Source of the DNA: Candidatus Aenigmatarchaeota archaeon
Lineage (GTDB): Archaea; Aenigmatarchaeota; Aenigmatarchaeia; GW2011-AR5
Reading direction: 5' to 3'
Assembly: GCA_016184005.1 (NCBI GenBank)
Contig: JACPDL010000003.1
Coordinates: forward strand, 171,632-235,631
Length of the DNA stretch: 64,000 nt
The notes beneath the pieces were generated by a model. It ran no database searches. It saw only the letters and a program-made list of their open reading frames with translations, and was not told where the DNA came from. This document shows positions 9,084 to 17,750 of the stretch, piece after piece. Each line of letters starts with the position of its first letter. Position 1 is the stretch's first letter. Position numbers and translations under genes: made by a program.

Positions 9084-9590
9084 TCATTCTTCAATTTTAA
9101 CATTGAAACGCTCAGCAACAAAGTCCATTGCTTCTTCTTTACTTATCATGTGTGACTTGCCGAGTTTCTTTGGCAATTTCCTTCTTTTTACCCTGTATCC
9201 TGGCCTTTCCAGCGTGACAGCAACATCAAAGCCTACCATCCCGATCTTTGGATCATAGTCAGTTCCGGGAACATCTATGTACTCCTTTATGCCGAAGGAG
9301 AAATTCCCGCTTGAGTCAAAGCTGGTTTTTCGAAGCATGTTCTCTTTAGCTTCAAGAAGCCTCTTGAGCGTATCCTCCGCATCTTTTCTAAGGGTCACTT
9401 TGCATCCGATAGGCTTGTTTTTTGGAACGCCGAAAGTTGAGCGTTTTTTTGAATGTGTTATGACAGCTTTTTTTTCAGTGATCATCTCTAATATGATCTT
9501 GGCGTTTTCAGGGTTCATGGTTGATCCGCATCCGATATTCAGGGTTATTTTTTCTATCCGTATCTTTTTCATGGGATTCATGGGAGTCAT
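9084..9590 (-). CDS. rpl5: 50S ribosomal protein L5 (uL5)
   Basis: [37 protein letters not shown]. Confidence 0.97.
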   Translation of the reverse strand: MTPMNPMKKIRIEKITLNIGCGSTMNPENAKIILEMITEKKAVITHSKKRSTFGVPKNKPIGCKVTLRKDAEDTLKRLLEAKENMLRKTSFDSSGNFSFGIKEYIDVPGTDYDPKIGMVGFDVAVTLERPGYRVKRRKLPKKLGKSHMISKEEAMDFVAERFNVKIEE

Positions 9591-9591
9591 T

Positions 9592-10281
9592 TCAAACACC
9601 AACATTTATCACGGGTTTTTCTTTGCCTACGACAAACACAAAATCCCTTGGGAGGCTGACGCTTCTGTTCCCAAGTGCCACGACTGCCTGATTGGGCTTG
9701 GCGCTTCTCGTGACTATTATTTCCTTGATTTTTCCGACGTCGCCGCTGTTGTTGCCGGCTGTTACAAGCACCACGGAATTCTTTTCGAGTTTCAGCACTT
9801 CCTTCACATTCATTTCGGGCAAGCCAATAACAAGAACGTCTCCTGTGGAGCACTTCACGCTTGAAATCATATTTGTCCCGTCGTGCAGGTTAAGCTGCAG
9901 CTTTCCGCCAATCCAGTGCTTGTCCTCCACCCTGCAAAGCCTCACGCCAGTTTCTTTTCCTTCGATCTTCTGCAGGTACAAGCCGTTCTTTGACACAAGC
10001 ATGCGGTATTCCTGGCCGCCGACAGACAGTATATCCATCAGGCCCACGGGGAAATTCTGTCTGGACCTCTTGACGCCGTTGACTTTCACGAATCCACTGA
10101 GCAATATCTCCCTTGCTTCTTTCATGTTATCTGCTACTTTCATGACGTCGCGCAGTATTACGCCCAGCGGCGTGCATTTCTCTTTCGAGTGCGGCCCAGG
10201 GCTTGGGCTTACGCTGTATTTCTTTGTTTTCCTTTCAATCGGCCAGAACTTTGGCGCTGCGTGTCTTTTCAATTTTGACAT
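9592..10281 (-). CDS. rps4e: 30S ribosomal protein S4e
   Basis: LKRHAAPKFWPI, PSPGPH, FPVGLMD, QLNLHDG. Confidence 0.97.
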   Translation of the reverse strand: MSKLKRHAAPKFWPIERKTKKYSVSPSPGPHSKEKCTPLGVILRDVMKVADNMKEAREILLSGFVKVNGVKRSRQNFPVGLMDILSVGGQEYRMLVSKNGLYLQKIEGKETGVRLCRVEDKHWIGGKLQLNLHDGTNMISSVKCSTGDVLVIGLPEMNVKEVLKLEKNSVVLVTAGNNSGDVGKIKEIIVTRSAKPNQAVVALGNRSVSLPRDFVFVVGKEKPVINVGV

Positions 10282-10287
10282 ATATCA

Positions 10288-10686
10288 TCACTGTTTGGTT
10301 TCAGGGGTTTTCCTTGAAATTATCTTTTTTCTTTTCTTGTCTTCCAGATTGACTTTGACTATGACGACATTGCTTGGATCTATCGGGACCTGGATGTCCT
10401 GCCCGGAGACCTTTTTCCTTTTGATGCCTTCTATGAGAATCTTCAGGCGCTTCATGTCGACCGCTGAAACTGCGCCGCGCCTTCCGCGGAATTCCCCGCG
10501 CCTGATTTCTACTTCATCGCCTTTTTTCAAGGCCATGGATCTCCTGCCCAGTTCTTTCCTCAAGCCTTTCTGAAGATGAGCGGACAGCATGGAGTGCCTG
10601 ATGTGTGATGGCGCATTATACCTGTATTTCCTCTGCTTTCTTGGCTGCTTGCTCGCCACCCAAAACTTTGAAAACGTTTTTCTCAT
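10288..10686 (-). CDS. rpl24: 50S ribosomal protein L24 (uL24)
   Basis: SKQPRKQRKYRYNAP, GDEVEIRRG, PSNVVI. Confidence 0.96.
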   Translation of the reverse strand: MRKTFSKFWVASKQPRKQRKYRYNAPSHIRHSMLSAHLQKGLRKELGRRSMALKKGDEVEIRRGEFRGRRGAVSAVDMKRLKILIEGIKRKKVSGQDIQVPIDPSNVVIVKVNLEDKKRKKIISRKTPETKQ

Positions 10687-10690
10687 TTTT

Positions 10691-10777
10691 TCACCTGATA
10701 ACCCTTAATACATAACAGAAGCCATATCTTTCACACATATCACCGGCAGCTGCTGATTTGACGCCTGACATAAACAT
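10691..10777 (-). CDS. Possible 28 aa peptide between L14 and L24
   Basis: ATG overlaps the L14 stop (TGATG) and the ORF ends just before L24. Confidence 0.3.
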   Translation of the reverse strand: MFMSGVKSAAAGDMCERYGFCYVLRVIR

Positions 10778-11178
10778 CACAACACTATGCTTGCTATCTT
10801 CCCGATAGCTGAAAACCGTTCTATGACTTCTTTTGCTATCACAGTCCTGATTTCTGTTCCCAGAGGCTCAAATGTCTTTGGATTCACCAGGACACCCGCG
10901 TTGTCAGAGAACTTGACGCGAGTACCGTCGGTGCGCATGTACTCCTTTGCCTGCCTGACAACGACAGCGTGAACAACAGTGCCGCGCACCTTTTCTTTTC
11001 CCTTTTTCACGGAACAAATGACAACATCGCCTATGCCGGCCTTCGGCAATCTCCTCAGCCTTCCCTTGTACGTCTTTACAGATATCACTTCCAGCTCTTT
11101 GGCGCCTGAATTGTCTACACAAACGAGCCGGGTTTTCAGCTGTATGGACTTTGTTATGTTTGCAGACAAGCCTTTCAT
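10777..11178 (-). CDS. rpl14: 50S ribosomal protein L14 (uL14)
   Basis: CVDNSGAK, AVVVRQ, VKFSDNA. Confidence 0.97.
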   Translation of the reverse strand: MKGLSANITKSIQLKTRLVCVDNSGAKELEVISVKTYKGRLRRLPKAGIGDVVICSVKKGKEKVRGTVVHAVVVRQAKEYMRTDGTRVKFSDNAGVLVNPKTFEPLGTEIRTVIAKEVIERFSAIGKIASIVL

Positions 11179-11534
11179 TTTAACGCCTCGGTTATTTTCT
11201 CAATCACGACAAAACGCTTTGATTTTGACAGCGGCCTGCATTCTGCTATCACTACGGTCTCGCCTTCCGCAGCAGCTATGCATGCCGGGTTGAAAGCCGC
11301 AACCCTTGAATGCCTTCTTTCGTATCTTTCGTATTTGGGCGAAAAATGATAATAGTCCCACTCAACGATTGCAGTGTTCAGGGCTTTTGCCGTTGCAACC
11401 CTTCCCCTGAAGAGCCTGCCGCGTATTCCAAGCTTTCCATGCCAGGGGCATTTGCCGTTATCGCATGTTTTTCCCGGAGGCTTTGCTTCAACGCCTATAT
11501 CCCTGTGTTTTACCTGTGTCTTCGTTTTCGCCAC
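11175..11534 (-). CDS. rps17: 30S ribosomal protein S17 (uS17)
   Basis: KCPWHG, KYERYERR, ECRPLSKSKRF. Confidence 0.97.
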   Translation of the reverse strand: MAKTKTQVKHRDIGVEAKPPGKTCDNGKCPWHGKLGIRGRLFRGRVATAKALNTAIVEWDYYHFSPKYERYERRHSRVAAFNPACIAAAEGETVVIAECRPLSKSKRFVVIEKITEALK

Positions 11535-11544
11535 ACTATCACCA

Positions 11545-11820
11545 TTACCATTTGCTGAATTTCTTTTTGATGCGGTCTTCAGGCCTCGAGACGATATATT
11601 TTCCTTCTATGTCAACCATGTGCGAATCGAGTTTCAGCCTGAACACGCAACCATCCTTCTGGATGCGTTTTTCTTTTTTGCCTGATTCTATTATCAAAGT
11701 CTTCATCGTTTCGTCAACAATCTTTCCTTTTGTCCCTATCTGGCTTTTGTTTTTTGACGCGACAACTTCGCATTCCATGCCTATGAGTTCATGCCTGAGT
11801 ATATTGTTGGGAATCCTCAT
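11545..11820 (-). CDS. rnp1: Ribonuclease P protein component 1 (Rpp29)
   Basis: HELIG, GKIVDET, RPEDRIKK; conserved position in the cluster. Confidence 0.93.
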   Translation of the reverse strand: MRIPNNILRHELIGMECEVVASKNKSQIGTKGKIVDETMKTLIIESGKKEKRIQKDGCVFRLKLDSHMVDIEGKYIVSRPEDRIKKKFSKW

Positions 11821-11831
11821 ACTTCAGGCAC

Positions 11832-12134
11832 CTAGCTGATCTCAATTATATCTGCCGGGAATCCTTCCTTCACGAGTATCGCCTTTGCTCTTTGCCTGTG
11901 GTCTCCCTGTATCTCGAGCTCGCCGTTTTTATACGTGCCGCCACACGCAAGCCTGGACTTCAAGGTTTTCAAAAGATCCCTGATGTTGATCTTTGACGAA
12001 TCTATTCCGCGTATGACAGTTGTATGCTTGCCGTACCGCTTCTGGACTAGCCTGATTGTTATTCTTTGCGCTTCCTTTGCTATAGTCTCGCATATGCACA
12101 ATTCCTTTGGAAGACCACACTTCTGGCAATTCAC
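11832..12134 (-). CDS. Translation initiation factor SUI1/aIF1
   Basis: CGLPKELCICE, LKSRLACGGT, IQGDHR. Confidence 0.95.
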   Translation of the reverse strand: MNCQKCGLPKELCICETIAKEAQRITIRLVQKRYGKHTTVIRGIDSSKINIRDLLKTLKSRLACGGTYKNGELEIQGDHRQRAKAILVKEGFPADIIEIS

Positions 12135-12340
12135 TTCTTCAACACCCCTCCTATTTCAGCCTTTACAGTCAGTATCCTTGCTATTGTTTTTTTTATGTGC
12201 CCGATTCTGCCAGGATTCTTTACAGTCCCTATCTCGCTTGCGGCCAGTTCTTTAGCAAGTTCCAGCCGTAACTCCTGCAGTTTCGTTTCAATATCCTTCT
12301 CGCTCATCTGGCGAATCTTTTTTGTCTTTAGTTCGGCCAT
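12131..12340 (-). CDS. rpl29: 50S ribosomal protein L29 (uL29)
   Basis: NPGRIGHIKKTIARILT. Confidence 0.93.
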   Translation of the reverse strand: MAELKTKKIRQMSEKDIETKLQELRLELAKELAASEIGTVKNPGRIGHIKKTIARILTVKAEIGGVLKK

Positions 12341-12342
12341 TC

Positions 12343-12975
12343 TTACTCGCCTGCCTTTGCGGCTTCTGGAGCAGCGTCAATGTTCTTTTCTTCAATCTTC
12401 CTCATCGTGATGAGCTCGGGCTGATTTATCATTATTTTCACCGTTATGCCGATGCTTCCGAGCTTGGGCGATGCCACAGCAAAGCCGGTCATAACATCTT
12501 TCAGTGCCGGGTCTCCGGCTTTCTTCAAGTAACCGGCACTGAATCTCTGCGTCCTGCTTCTCTGTCCGGAAACCTTGCCTGAAAATACTATCTCGCAACC
12601 TATGGCACCCGATTCCATTATTCTCTGCAGATACTGGTTTCCCAGCCGCTTGTAGTTCACTCCCGATTCTATTGCGGCTGTAATTGCCTGCGCGACAACT
12701 GCCGGATTCATGTCCGGATCCATTATTTTCTGGACATCTATTTGCGGGTTTTCTATCTTGAACTTCTGTTTGAGCAATTCTGCGGTTTCCCTTATCTTTT
12801 CCCCGCCCGTGCCGATAACCAGTCCCGGCGTTGTCGTATGAATAACAATACGCGTTACTATCGGAGTGTGCTGTATTTCTATCTCGCCGCACTTTGCCTG
12901 AGTAAACTGACTCCTGATAAACTCCTGCAGATTGACCAGCTCCTTCGCTTTCTGTATGAAAATTCTTTCCTTCAT
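12343..12975 (-). CDS. rps3: 30S ribosomal protein S3 (uS3)
   Basis: KH motif PGLVIGTGG; GAIGCEIVFSGK. Confidence 0.96.
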   Translation of the reverse strand: MKERIFIQKAKELVNLQEFIRSQFTQAKCGEIEIQHTPIVTRIVIHTTTPGLVIGTGGEKIRETAELLKQKFKIENPQIDVQKIMDPDMNPAVVAQAITAAIESGVNYKRLGNQYLQRIMESGAIGCEIVFSGKVSGQRSRTQRFSAGYLKKAGDPALKDVMTGFAVASPKLGSIGITVKIMINQPELITMRKIEEKNIDAAPEAAKAGE

Positions 12976-13043
12976 AACAAATCCCTTTTCTTGAAAGAAA
13001 AGGTCTTTGTAAACCCCAAAAGAACTTACAAAACCTTTTCTTT
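12976..13043 (-). repeat. Family A palindromic element ending immediately before the S3 ATG
   Basis: aaagaaaaggttttgtaagttcttttggggtttacaaagaccttttctttcaagaaaagggatttgtt-ATG. Confidence 0.85.
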
Positions 13044-13052
13044 AGTTAATTA

Positions 13053-13673
13053 TTATTGATCCTCCTTGGCTTCTTCCTTAGCTGGTTGTTTCTTTGCCGC
13101 AGCCTTTCTTTTGTCGGCGCTTGTCGGGATGTCTTTGCCGACTATCTCCTCGACCTGCTTCTCTAATATCTCTGCCTGGTCCCTGATTCTTTCCGTTTGT
13201 TCCTGCATCTCCCGGATTTCCTTCGGCTTTTCTGTTGTTTCTTCCTTTTTCTCCATCTGCTTCTTTATGGCTTCTTTCTTTACTACGTCGTGCCGCACCT
13301 TTTCCAGCAGCATTATCTCTACGTTCGCTGACTTCATTCTGTATCCGAAGTTCTGCTTCCTTCTCCTTCTTCTCAGGTTTGTTCCCTTGTGGGCCGATGC
13401 ATGGACCATCAGGTGGCCTGCGTCAAGCCCAAGCGCGTCTGCGTTTTTTTCACAGGAGTTAAGCAGCATGAGCATTTCCTTTGCAGTCTTTGTATAGTAT
13501 TTCCCGTCAAGATTCCTGCGCTCTTCTGCAAGATCCTCGAGCAGCCTCTTTGCTCTTGTGAGCGGCTTTTTCTTTATCACCCTGCACAAGAATGCAGCGT
13601 GCTTTGCAGATATCCTGAGGTTTCTGCCGTAAGCCTTCGCGTGTTTCTCTTTTGGAACAAACGTATAATGCAT
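13053..13673 (-). CDS. rpl22: 50S ribosomal protein L22 (uL22) with charged C-terminal extension
   Basis: AKAYGRNLRISAKHA, LLNSCEKNA; gene position. Confidence 0.9.
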   Translation of the reverse strand: MHYTFVPKEKHAKAYGRNLRISAKHAAFLCRVIKKKPLTRAKRLLEDLAEERRNLDGKYYTKTAKEMLMLLNSCEKNADALGLDAGHLMVHASAHKGTNLRRRRRKQNFGYRMKSANVEIMLLEKVRHDVVKKEAIKKQMEKKEETTEKPKEIREMQEQTERIRDQAEILEKQVEEIVGKDIPTSADKRKAAAKKQPAKEEAKEDQ

Positions 13674-13682
13674 ATGAACACC

Positions 13683-14072
13683 TTATTTCAGCGGAACGAA
13701 CTTGGATGAGCGTGTTGCCCCCAGCCCGGGCGCCGAGTGTTTTACCCTTTTTCTGGTGAGCGCAAATTCACCCGTATAATGGCCGACCATGCTTTCTTCT
13801 ATGATTATCGGTATGAACTCCTTGCCGTTGTAGATGCCGACCTTGGATCCGATCATCTCAGGCAGTATTACCATGTCCCTGACATGCGTGCGGACAAGCT
13901 TGTCTTTCCCTTTTGAGCGCCTTATGTCCTCAAGCAGCTCCTTTTGCTGCTTATTGAGGCCTTTCTTCAGCGAGCGCCTTTGCCTTGAAGGAAGAAGCAT
14001 CGAAAAGTCTTCGAGCGTCATTGCCTGAAGCTCTTCAGCCGCTTTTCCCCTGTATGAAAATTTCTTGGCCAT
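13683..14072 (-). CDS. rps19: 30S ribosomal protein S19 (uS19)
   Basis: RTHVRDMVILPEM, GHYTGEF, ATRSSKFVPLK. Confidence 0.97.
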   Translation of the reverse strand: MAKKFSYRGKAAEELQAMTLEDFSMLLPSRQRRSLKKGLNKQQKELLEDIRRSKGKDKLVRTHVRDMVILPEMIGSKVGIYNGKEFIPIIIEESMVGHYTGEFALTRKRVKHSAPGLGATRSSKFVPLK

Positions 14073-14074
14073 GA

Positions 14075-14638
14075 TTAACTCCTCTGGAAGACTAATACAA
14101 ACTTCATTGCTTCAGGGTGATAGTAAGTTTTTAGTTCTGATGGAATATCCATATGAAATTCTTCTTTAAAATTTAAACCACAATTTCCTGCAAGCTCAAC
14201 AAATGTTTCTGTATCTTCTGGCAGAGAAGCCCAAGAAAATACATAGATGCCACTTGAATTCAGCATATGGGAAAAGCGTGAAAGTCTTCGTCTTACAATG
14301 TCTTTAGCAGGACCTAGCTGATCATGTGCTTCATAATATGGAATTTCACTTTCATCTACAAGGCTTCCAATAGTACAAACCATGTCCATCGCATATGGCG
14401 GCTGGAAATCATCATGTCCTGAAACTGAAAAACTTGCATTTCCAATTCCGTGCCCTTTCTTGTAGCCTTCTGCTTTCGCTATTTGATCTGGAGATATATC
14501 ATAACCATGCACTGTTGAATACGGATTTTGTTTTGCTAGATGTAAAGCTAAAACACCAGAACCGCATCCAGCATCGAGTATTAAATTTCTATTTTTTGCT
14601 AGGTCTCTTACCACTCTTGCTGATGATATTGTTGTCAT
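14075..14638 (-). CDS. Class I SAM-dependent methyltransferase, inserted between L2 and S19
   Basis: ILDAGCGSG motif I and GYDIS; likely start MTTISS just after the L2 stop. Confidence 0.85.
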   Translation of the reverse strand: MTTISSARVVRDLAKNRNLILDAGCGSGVLALHLAKQNPYSTVHGYDISPDQIAKAEGYKKGHGIGNASFSVSGHDDFQPPYAMDMVCTIGSLVDESEIPYYEAHDQLGPAKDIVRRRLSRFSHMLNSSGIYVFSWASLPEDTETFVELAGNCGLNFKEEFHMDIPSELKTYYHPEAMKFVLVFQRS

Positions 14639-14643
14639 AACTA

Positions 14644-15348
14644 TCACTTCTTCCTCCTTCTCTTGCCGACGCGCTTGGGCGAGACAGATCCTACTTTCTT
14701 TCCCGGCGGCATGTCGCGCGAAACGGTCTTGTGCTTCCCCGGTTTTGTCTGGCCGCCGAACGGATGATCGACTGCGTTCTTTGCCACGCCTCTTGTCTTC
14801 GGCCAATACCTGTTGGACGCAGTCATTGCGTAGAACTTGGTTCCGGCTTTCATGAAAGGCTTCTCGATGCGCCCTGATGCCGCAACACTGCCCAAAGCCG
14901 CCTTGCAGCGCGATGAAAGCGTTTTCTTCTCGTTCGACGGTAAAAGCACGACACATCTCCCTGAGTCCTTCGAAAGCACCGTTCCAAACGTCCCGGAAGT
15001 CCTGCATAATTTCCCGCCGTCCCCCGGGTGGAGCTCAATATCATAGACCCTGCTTCCTTCCGGTATCCTGCCCAGTTCAACAATGCTTCCTTCTGTCGGT
15101 TCTTCCAGGCTGATCCGCTGGCCGACAAACATGCCGTCGCATGCCAAATGAAGGAACCTGCTGCCTGAAAATCCAACAACAGCAACGGGAGAAAATCTCC
15201 CCGGCGCATCGACTATGTCCACTACGGTTCCGGATTTTTCGCCGGCGGGAAGATAAGTATAACTAACCTTTCCAAGATACCTGTGGCCAGGTGCACGATA
15301 CCTCGGACTTCCTCTTCCTCTTCTCTGCTGCCTGAGATTTTTACCCAT
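14644..15348 (-). CDS. rpl2: 50S ribosomal protein L2 (uL2)
   Basis: MGKNLRQQRRGRG, NAVDHPFGG, PPGKKVG. Confidence 0.97.
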   Translation of the reverse strand: MGKNLRQQRRGRGSPRYRAPGHRYLGKVSYTYLPAGEKSGTVVDIVDAPGRFSPVAVVGFSGSRFLHLACDGMFVGQRISLEEPTEGSIVELGRIPEGSRVYDIELHPGDGGKLCRTSGTFGTVLSKDSGRCVVLLPSNEKKTLSSRCKAALGSVAASGRIEKPFMKAGTKFYAMTASNRYWPKTRGVAKNAVDHPFGGQTKPGKHKTVSRDMPPGKKVGSVSPKRVGKRRRKK

Positions 15349-15353
15349 GATTA

Positions 15354-15638
15354 TCACCGAACCGACAGTCTTGATTGCCAGTTTAATTCTTTTTCGTATT
15401 TCTCTAGCTGTCCTGCTTTTTTTTCATCCCCATCGAAACTAACCTTCAGTCTCCCTCCAGTTTTAGTGATTGCAGTGGCACCATCGTAGAATGAAGCTCT
15501 ATAGCTTCTGCCACAAAAATCATCCCTAACGTCTGCCGGTATATCTGTGTGTTTCTCGCCATAAATGATTCTCAATACCCTGAGAAAAGCCAAACCAGTA
15601 TGTGGAACATCTATCTCTGTGTGCGTCATGTCAACCAA
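15354..15638 (-). CDS. Hypothetical protein (insert between L23 and L2)
   Basis: Co-oriented ORF overlapping its neighbours. Confidence 0.55.
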   Translation of the reverse strand: MVDMTHTEIDVPHTGLAFLRVLRIIYGEKHTDIPADVRDDFCGRSYRASFYDGATAITKTGGRLKVSFDGDEKKAGQLEKYEKELNWQSRLSVR

Positions 15639-15891
15639 CCAATATTTTCCTTAAAGCCTGATACCTCGCTTCTGCCGTCAATCCGTCGTCTATCATGGCT
15701 CCTTGTGCAAGTTCTACATCAACAGGAACACCGAATTCATCAACCAGCATATTTGCCACTGATGGAATCTGTCTTTGCAGCACTTCATCTTTCGGCCTCT
15801 CGTATACAGTTATATGTGGTCTGCCGTCTTCATCCCTTGCAATTCTTACCCTGTCAAGATCCTCTTCAGTGAGATAGTTTGTCTGAATCAT
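15631..15891 (-). CDS. Hypothetical protein (insert between L23 and L2)
   Basis: 86 aa ORF preceded by GTGATGAA. Confidence 0.55.
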   Translation of the reverse strand: MIQTNYLTEEDLDRVRIARDEDGRPHITVYERPKDEVLQRQIPSVANMLVDEFGVPVDVELAQGAMIDDGLTAEARYQALRKILVG

Positions 15892-15895
15892 TTCA

Positions 15896-16120
15896 TCACT
15901 TTGCCAAGTATTTTTTTAGCAGATCTGCTACCCTATCACTGAAAGCTTCTATTCTGACCTTGTCCCCGTCTTTTTTGGCTGTTGCGCCCGGTATTGCAAC
16001 TGGTTGGCCGCCATCCAGCTGCATCCTGTACCAAGCCCTATCACTATCAAACTCAGAATAGGTAAGACTGAGCAGCCTGTCAACTGTTCTTCTTTCATAC
16101 GGAAGTTCTATTGTTGGCAT
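15896..16120 (-). CDS. Hypothetical protein (insert between L23 and L2)
   Basis: 74 aa ORF preceded by GGTGATGAA. Confidence 0.55.
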   Translation of the reverse strand: MPTIELPYERRTVDRLLSLTYSEFDSDRAWYRMQLDGGQPVAIPGATAKKDGDKVRIEAFSDRVADLLKKYLAK

Positions 16121-16130
16121 TTCATCACCG

Positions 16131-16574
16131 TCAGATTATTCCCAGCCGGATTGCGATTTCTCCGGCCTGTCCGGGCTCCCTGAATTTCACGAAGGCCTTT
16201 TTCCTGCCAGACTCATCAATCATTGTATTCACGTGCTTCACGCTGCTCTGGAAGGCCTGCTCTATTGCACGTTTGATTTCTTCCTTGTCGCTGCGCCTGT
16301 TAACAATAAACACAAGCTTGTTCTGCGCCTCAATCATCTGCACTGCTTTTTCCGTCATAAGCACAAAACGAAGGGTTCCAAAGGGATCCATCGCACTCTT
16401 TTCTTTCGCGGCCGGCGCGGCGGCGATTTGTTTCTCTTTCTTCGAAGGCTTTGGCTCTGCCTTCTGCTGCTTGGCCGGGGCCTTTGGCTCTTTTCTTTTT
16501 TCTATCTTCTTGAGTATTTCTTCTGCCTCTTTTTTCACGTCTTTTTTTTCAGGCTTCTCTGCTGCAGGCGTCAT
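16131..16574 (-). CDS. rpl23: 50S ribosomal protein L23 (uL23) with Lys/Ala/Pro-rich N-terminal extension
   Basis: TEKAVQMIEAQNKLVFIV, VNT, KKAFVK. Confidence 0.95.
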   Translation of the reverse strand: MTPAAEKPEKKDVKKEAEEILKKIEKRKEPKAPAKQQKAEPKPSKKEKQIAAAPAAKEKSAMDPFGTLRFVLMTEKAVQMIEAQNKLVFIVNRRSDKEEIKRAIEQAFQSSVKHVNTMIDESGRKKAFVKFREPGQAGEIAIRLGII

Positions 16575-17365
16575 GCTGTTTCACCATATATCTCGTCAAT
16601 CTTCTGGATAGCGGGCTTTGTTATGATCATCAGGCGGCCTGCATGGGTTCCGGGAGCCAGCGCTTCTACCGTCATGGAGCCTGCAGTTGAAACGTCCACG
16701 CCTGTTATGTTTCTCGCAGCCCTGGAAAGGCTGCATTCCTTGGAAACGATTACCAGGGGCCCTTTCTTCTTCCTGTACTGCCTGCCGCGCATTTTGCCTT
16801 TGCCTGCACGGACTTTTTTCACTGCGCACCTTTCGAGTTCGTTCGGTATGAGCTTTGCAAGTATTTTCAGCACGTCTTTTGTCTTCCCTATGTCTTCCAT
16901 GCCGCCGGTAAAAATTATCGGCGATATCTGCGTTTTGTGTCCCCTTCCCGTCACAATATCAAGGCTTGCAGCAGCCGCCAGCGCTGACCTGATAGCAAGC
17001 GACCTTTCCTTGTTGTTGACCTTCTCAAGCCATATCTTTTCAGCCTTCGGCGGGTGCGCCTGCCTGCCTTTGACCGCTTGCGGCGCAAAGCGCGCAGTAA
17101 AATGAAGGCTGCCCACTTTGCCGTGTATGCGGGGCATTCTGGACATCTCCTTGTTCATCATGGCCCATCTGTACTTTCTTTTTCCGTGATAATGGGCGCT
17201 GGTACGCTTTCCAGAAAGCGGATCCGCGCCATAAGGCTGCCTTTTTGCGCTGCGTTCAGATAATACTGCACGTTTAATCACGTCAGGCCTGTACGGGGTG
17301 CTGAATAAAGGCGGCAGCTGTATATCCTCAACTTCATTGCACTCGGAATCATAAACTTTTGTCAT
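16571..17365 (-). CDS. rpl4: 50S ribosomal protein L4 (uL4)
   Basis: RPDVIKRAV, GRQAHPPK, LAPGTHAGRL. Confidence 0.97.
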   Translation of the reverse strand: MTKVYDSECNEVEDIQLPPLFSTPYRPDVIKRAVLSERSAKRQPYGADPLSGKRTSAHYHGKRKYRWAMMNKEMSRMPRIHGKVGSLHFTARFAPQAVKGRQAHPPKAEKIWLEKVNNKERSLAIRSALAAAASLDIVTGRGHKTQISPIIFTGGMEDIGKTKDVLKILAKLIPNELERCAVKKVRAGKGKMRGRQYRKKKGPLVIVSKECSLSRAARNITGVDVSTAGSMTVEALAPGTHAGRLMIITKPAIQKIDEIYGETA

Positions 17366-17367
17366 AA

Positions 17368-17748
17368 CTATCTGACCGCTTTTCTGCTGCCTTTATTGCC
17401 CTTTCTTCTTGGTATCTTGGGAGAAGCTTCGCTTCTCCGAGATTCCAAAAAGCTGCGCTTTTTGAGAATGTTGAATTCTGTCATCATCATGCCTCTTATA
17501 AAATTTGGATCAAAAGAAATTATATCAGCAAACTTATCTGCTATTTTATCTGCACTCAAATTCATCAGCCAATACTGCGTTGCCAAATATTCTGGCAAAG
17601 ATTGTGCAAGCCCATCATCCCTGACTTGCATTTCTAATGCGGCATATGTGCCTATATATCTCGATCTCTTAATTCCAGGATCATCTAGCGTTCTTGTTCC
17701 AACTATTATTTCCTCGAAATCTATGGCGCCTGTTGTCTGGTATGTCAT
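17368..17748 (-). CDS. Hypothetical protein between L3 and L4, with a family C element in its 3' end
   Basis: 126 aa ORF; 17414-17468 is a two-hairpin repeat read in frame. Confidence 0.6.
   Translation of the reverse strand: MTYQTTGAIDFEEIIVGTRTLDDPGIKRSRYIGTYAALEMQVRDDGLAQSLPEYLATQYWLMNLSADKIADKFADIISFDPNFIRGMMMTEFNILKKRSFLESRRSEASPKIPRRKGNKGSRKAVR
17414..17468 (+). repeat. Family C element, two-module form
   Basis: atcttgggagaagc-ttc-gcttctccgagattccaaaaagc-tgc-gctttttgagaa = modules 1 and 4 of the copies at 20469 and 36969. Confidence 0.85.
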
Positions 17749-17750
17749 AA

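Noticed and set aside
9692..10573. Long plus-strand ORFs opposite ribosomal genes (also 16233-17105, 4941-5513)
   Set aside because: Antisense shadows of conserved coding sequence with no recognisable motifs
14639..15007. Long N-terminal part of the 310 aa methyltransferase ORF
   Set aside because: Overlaps L2 in another frame; true start is likely 14638
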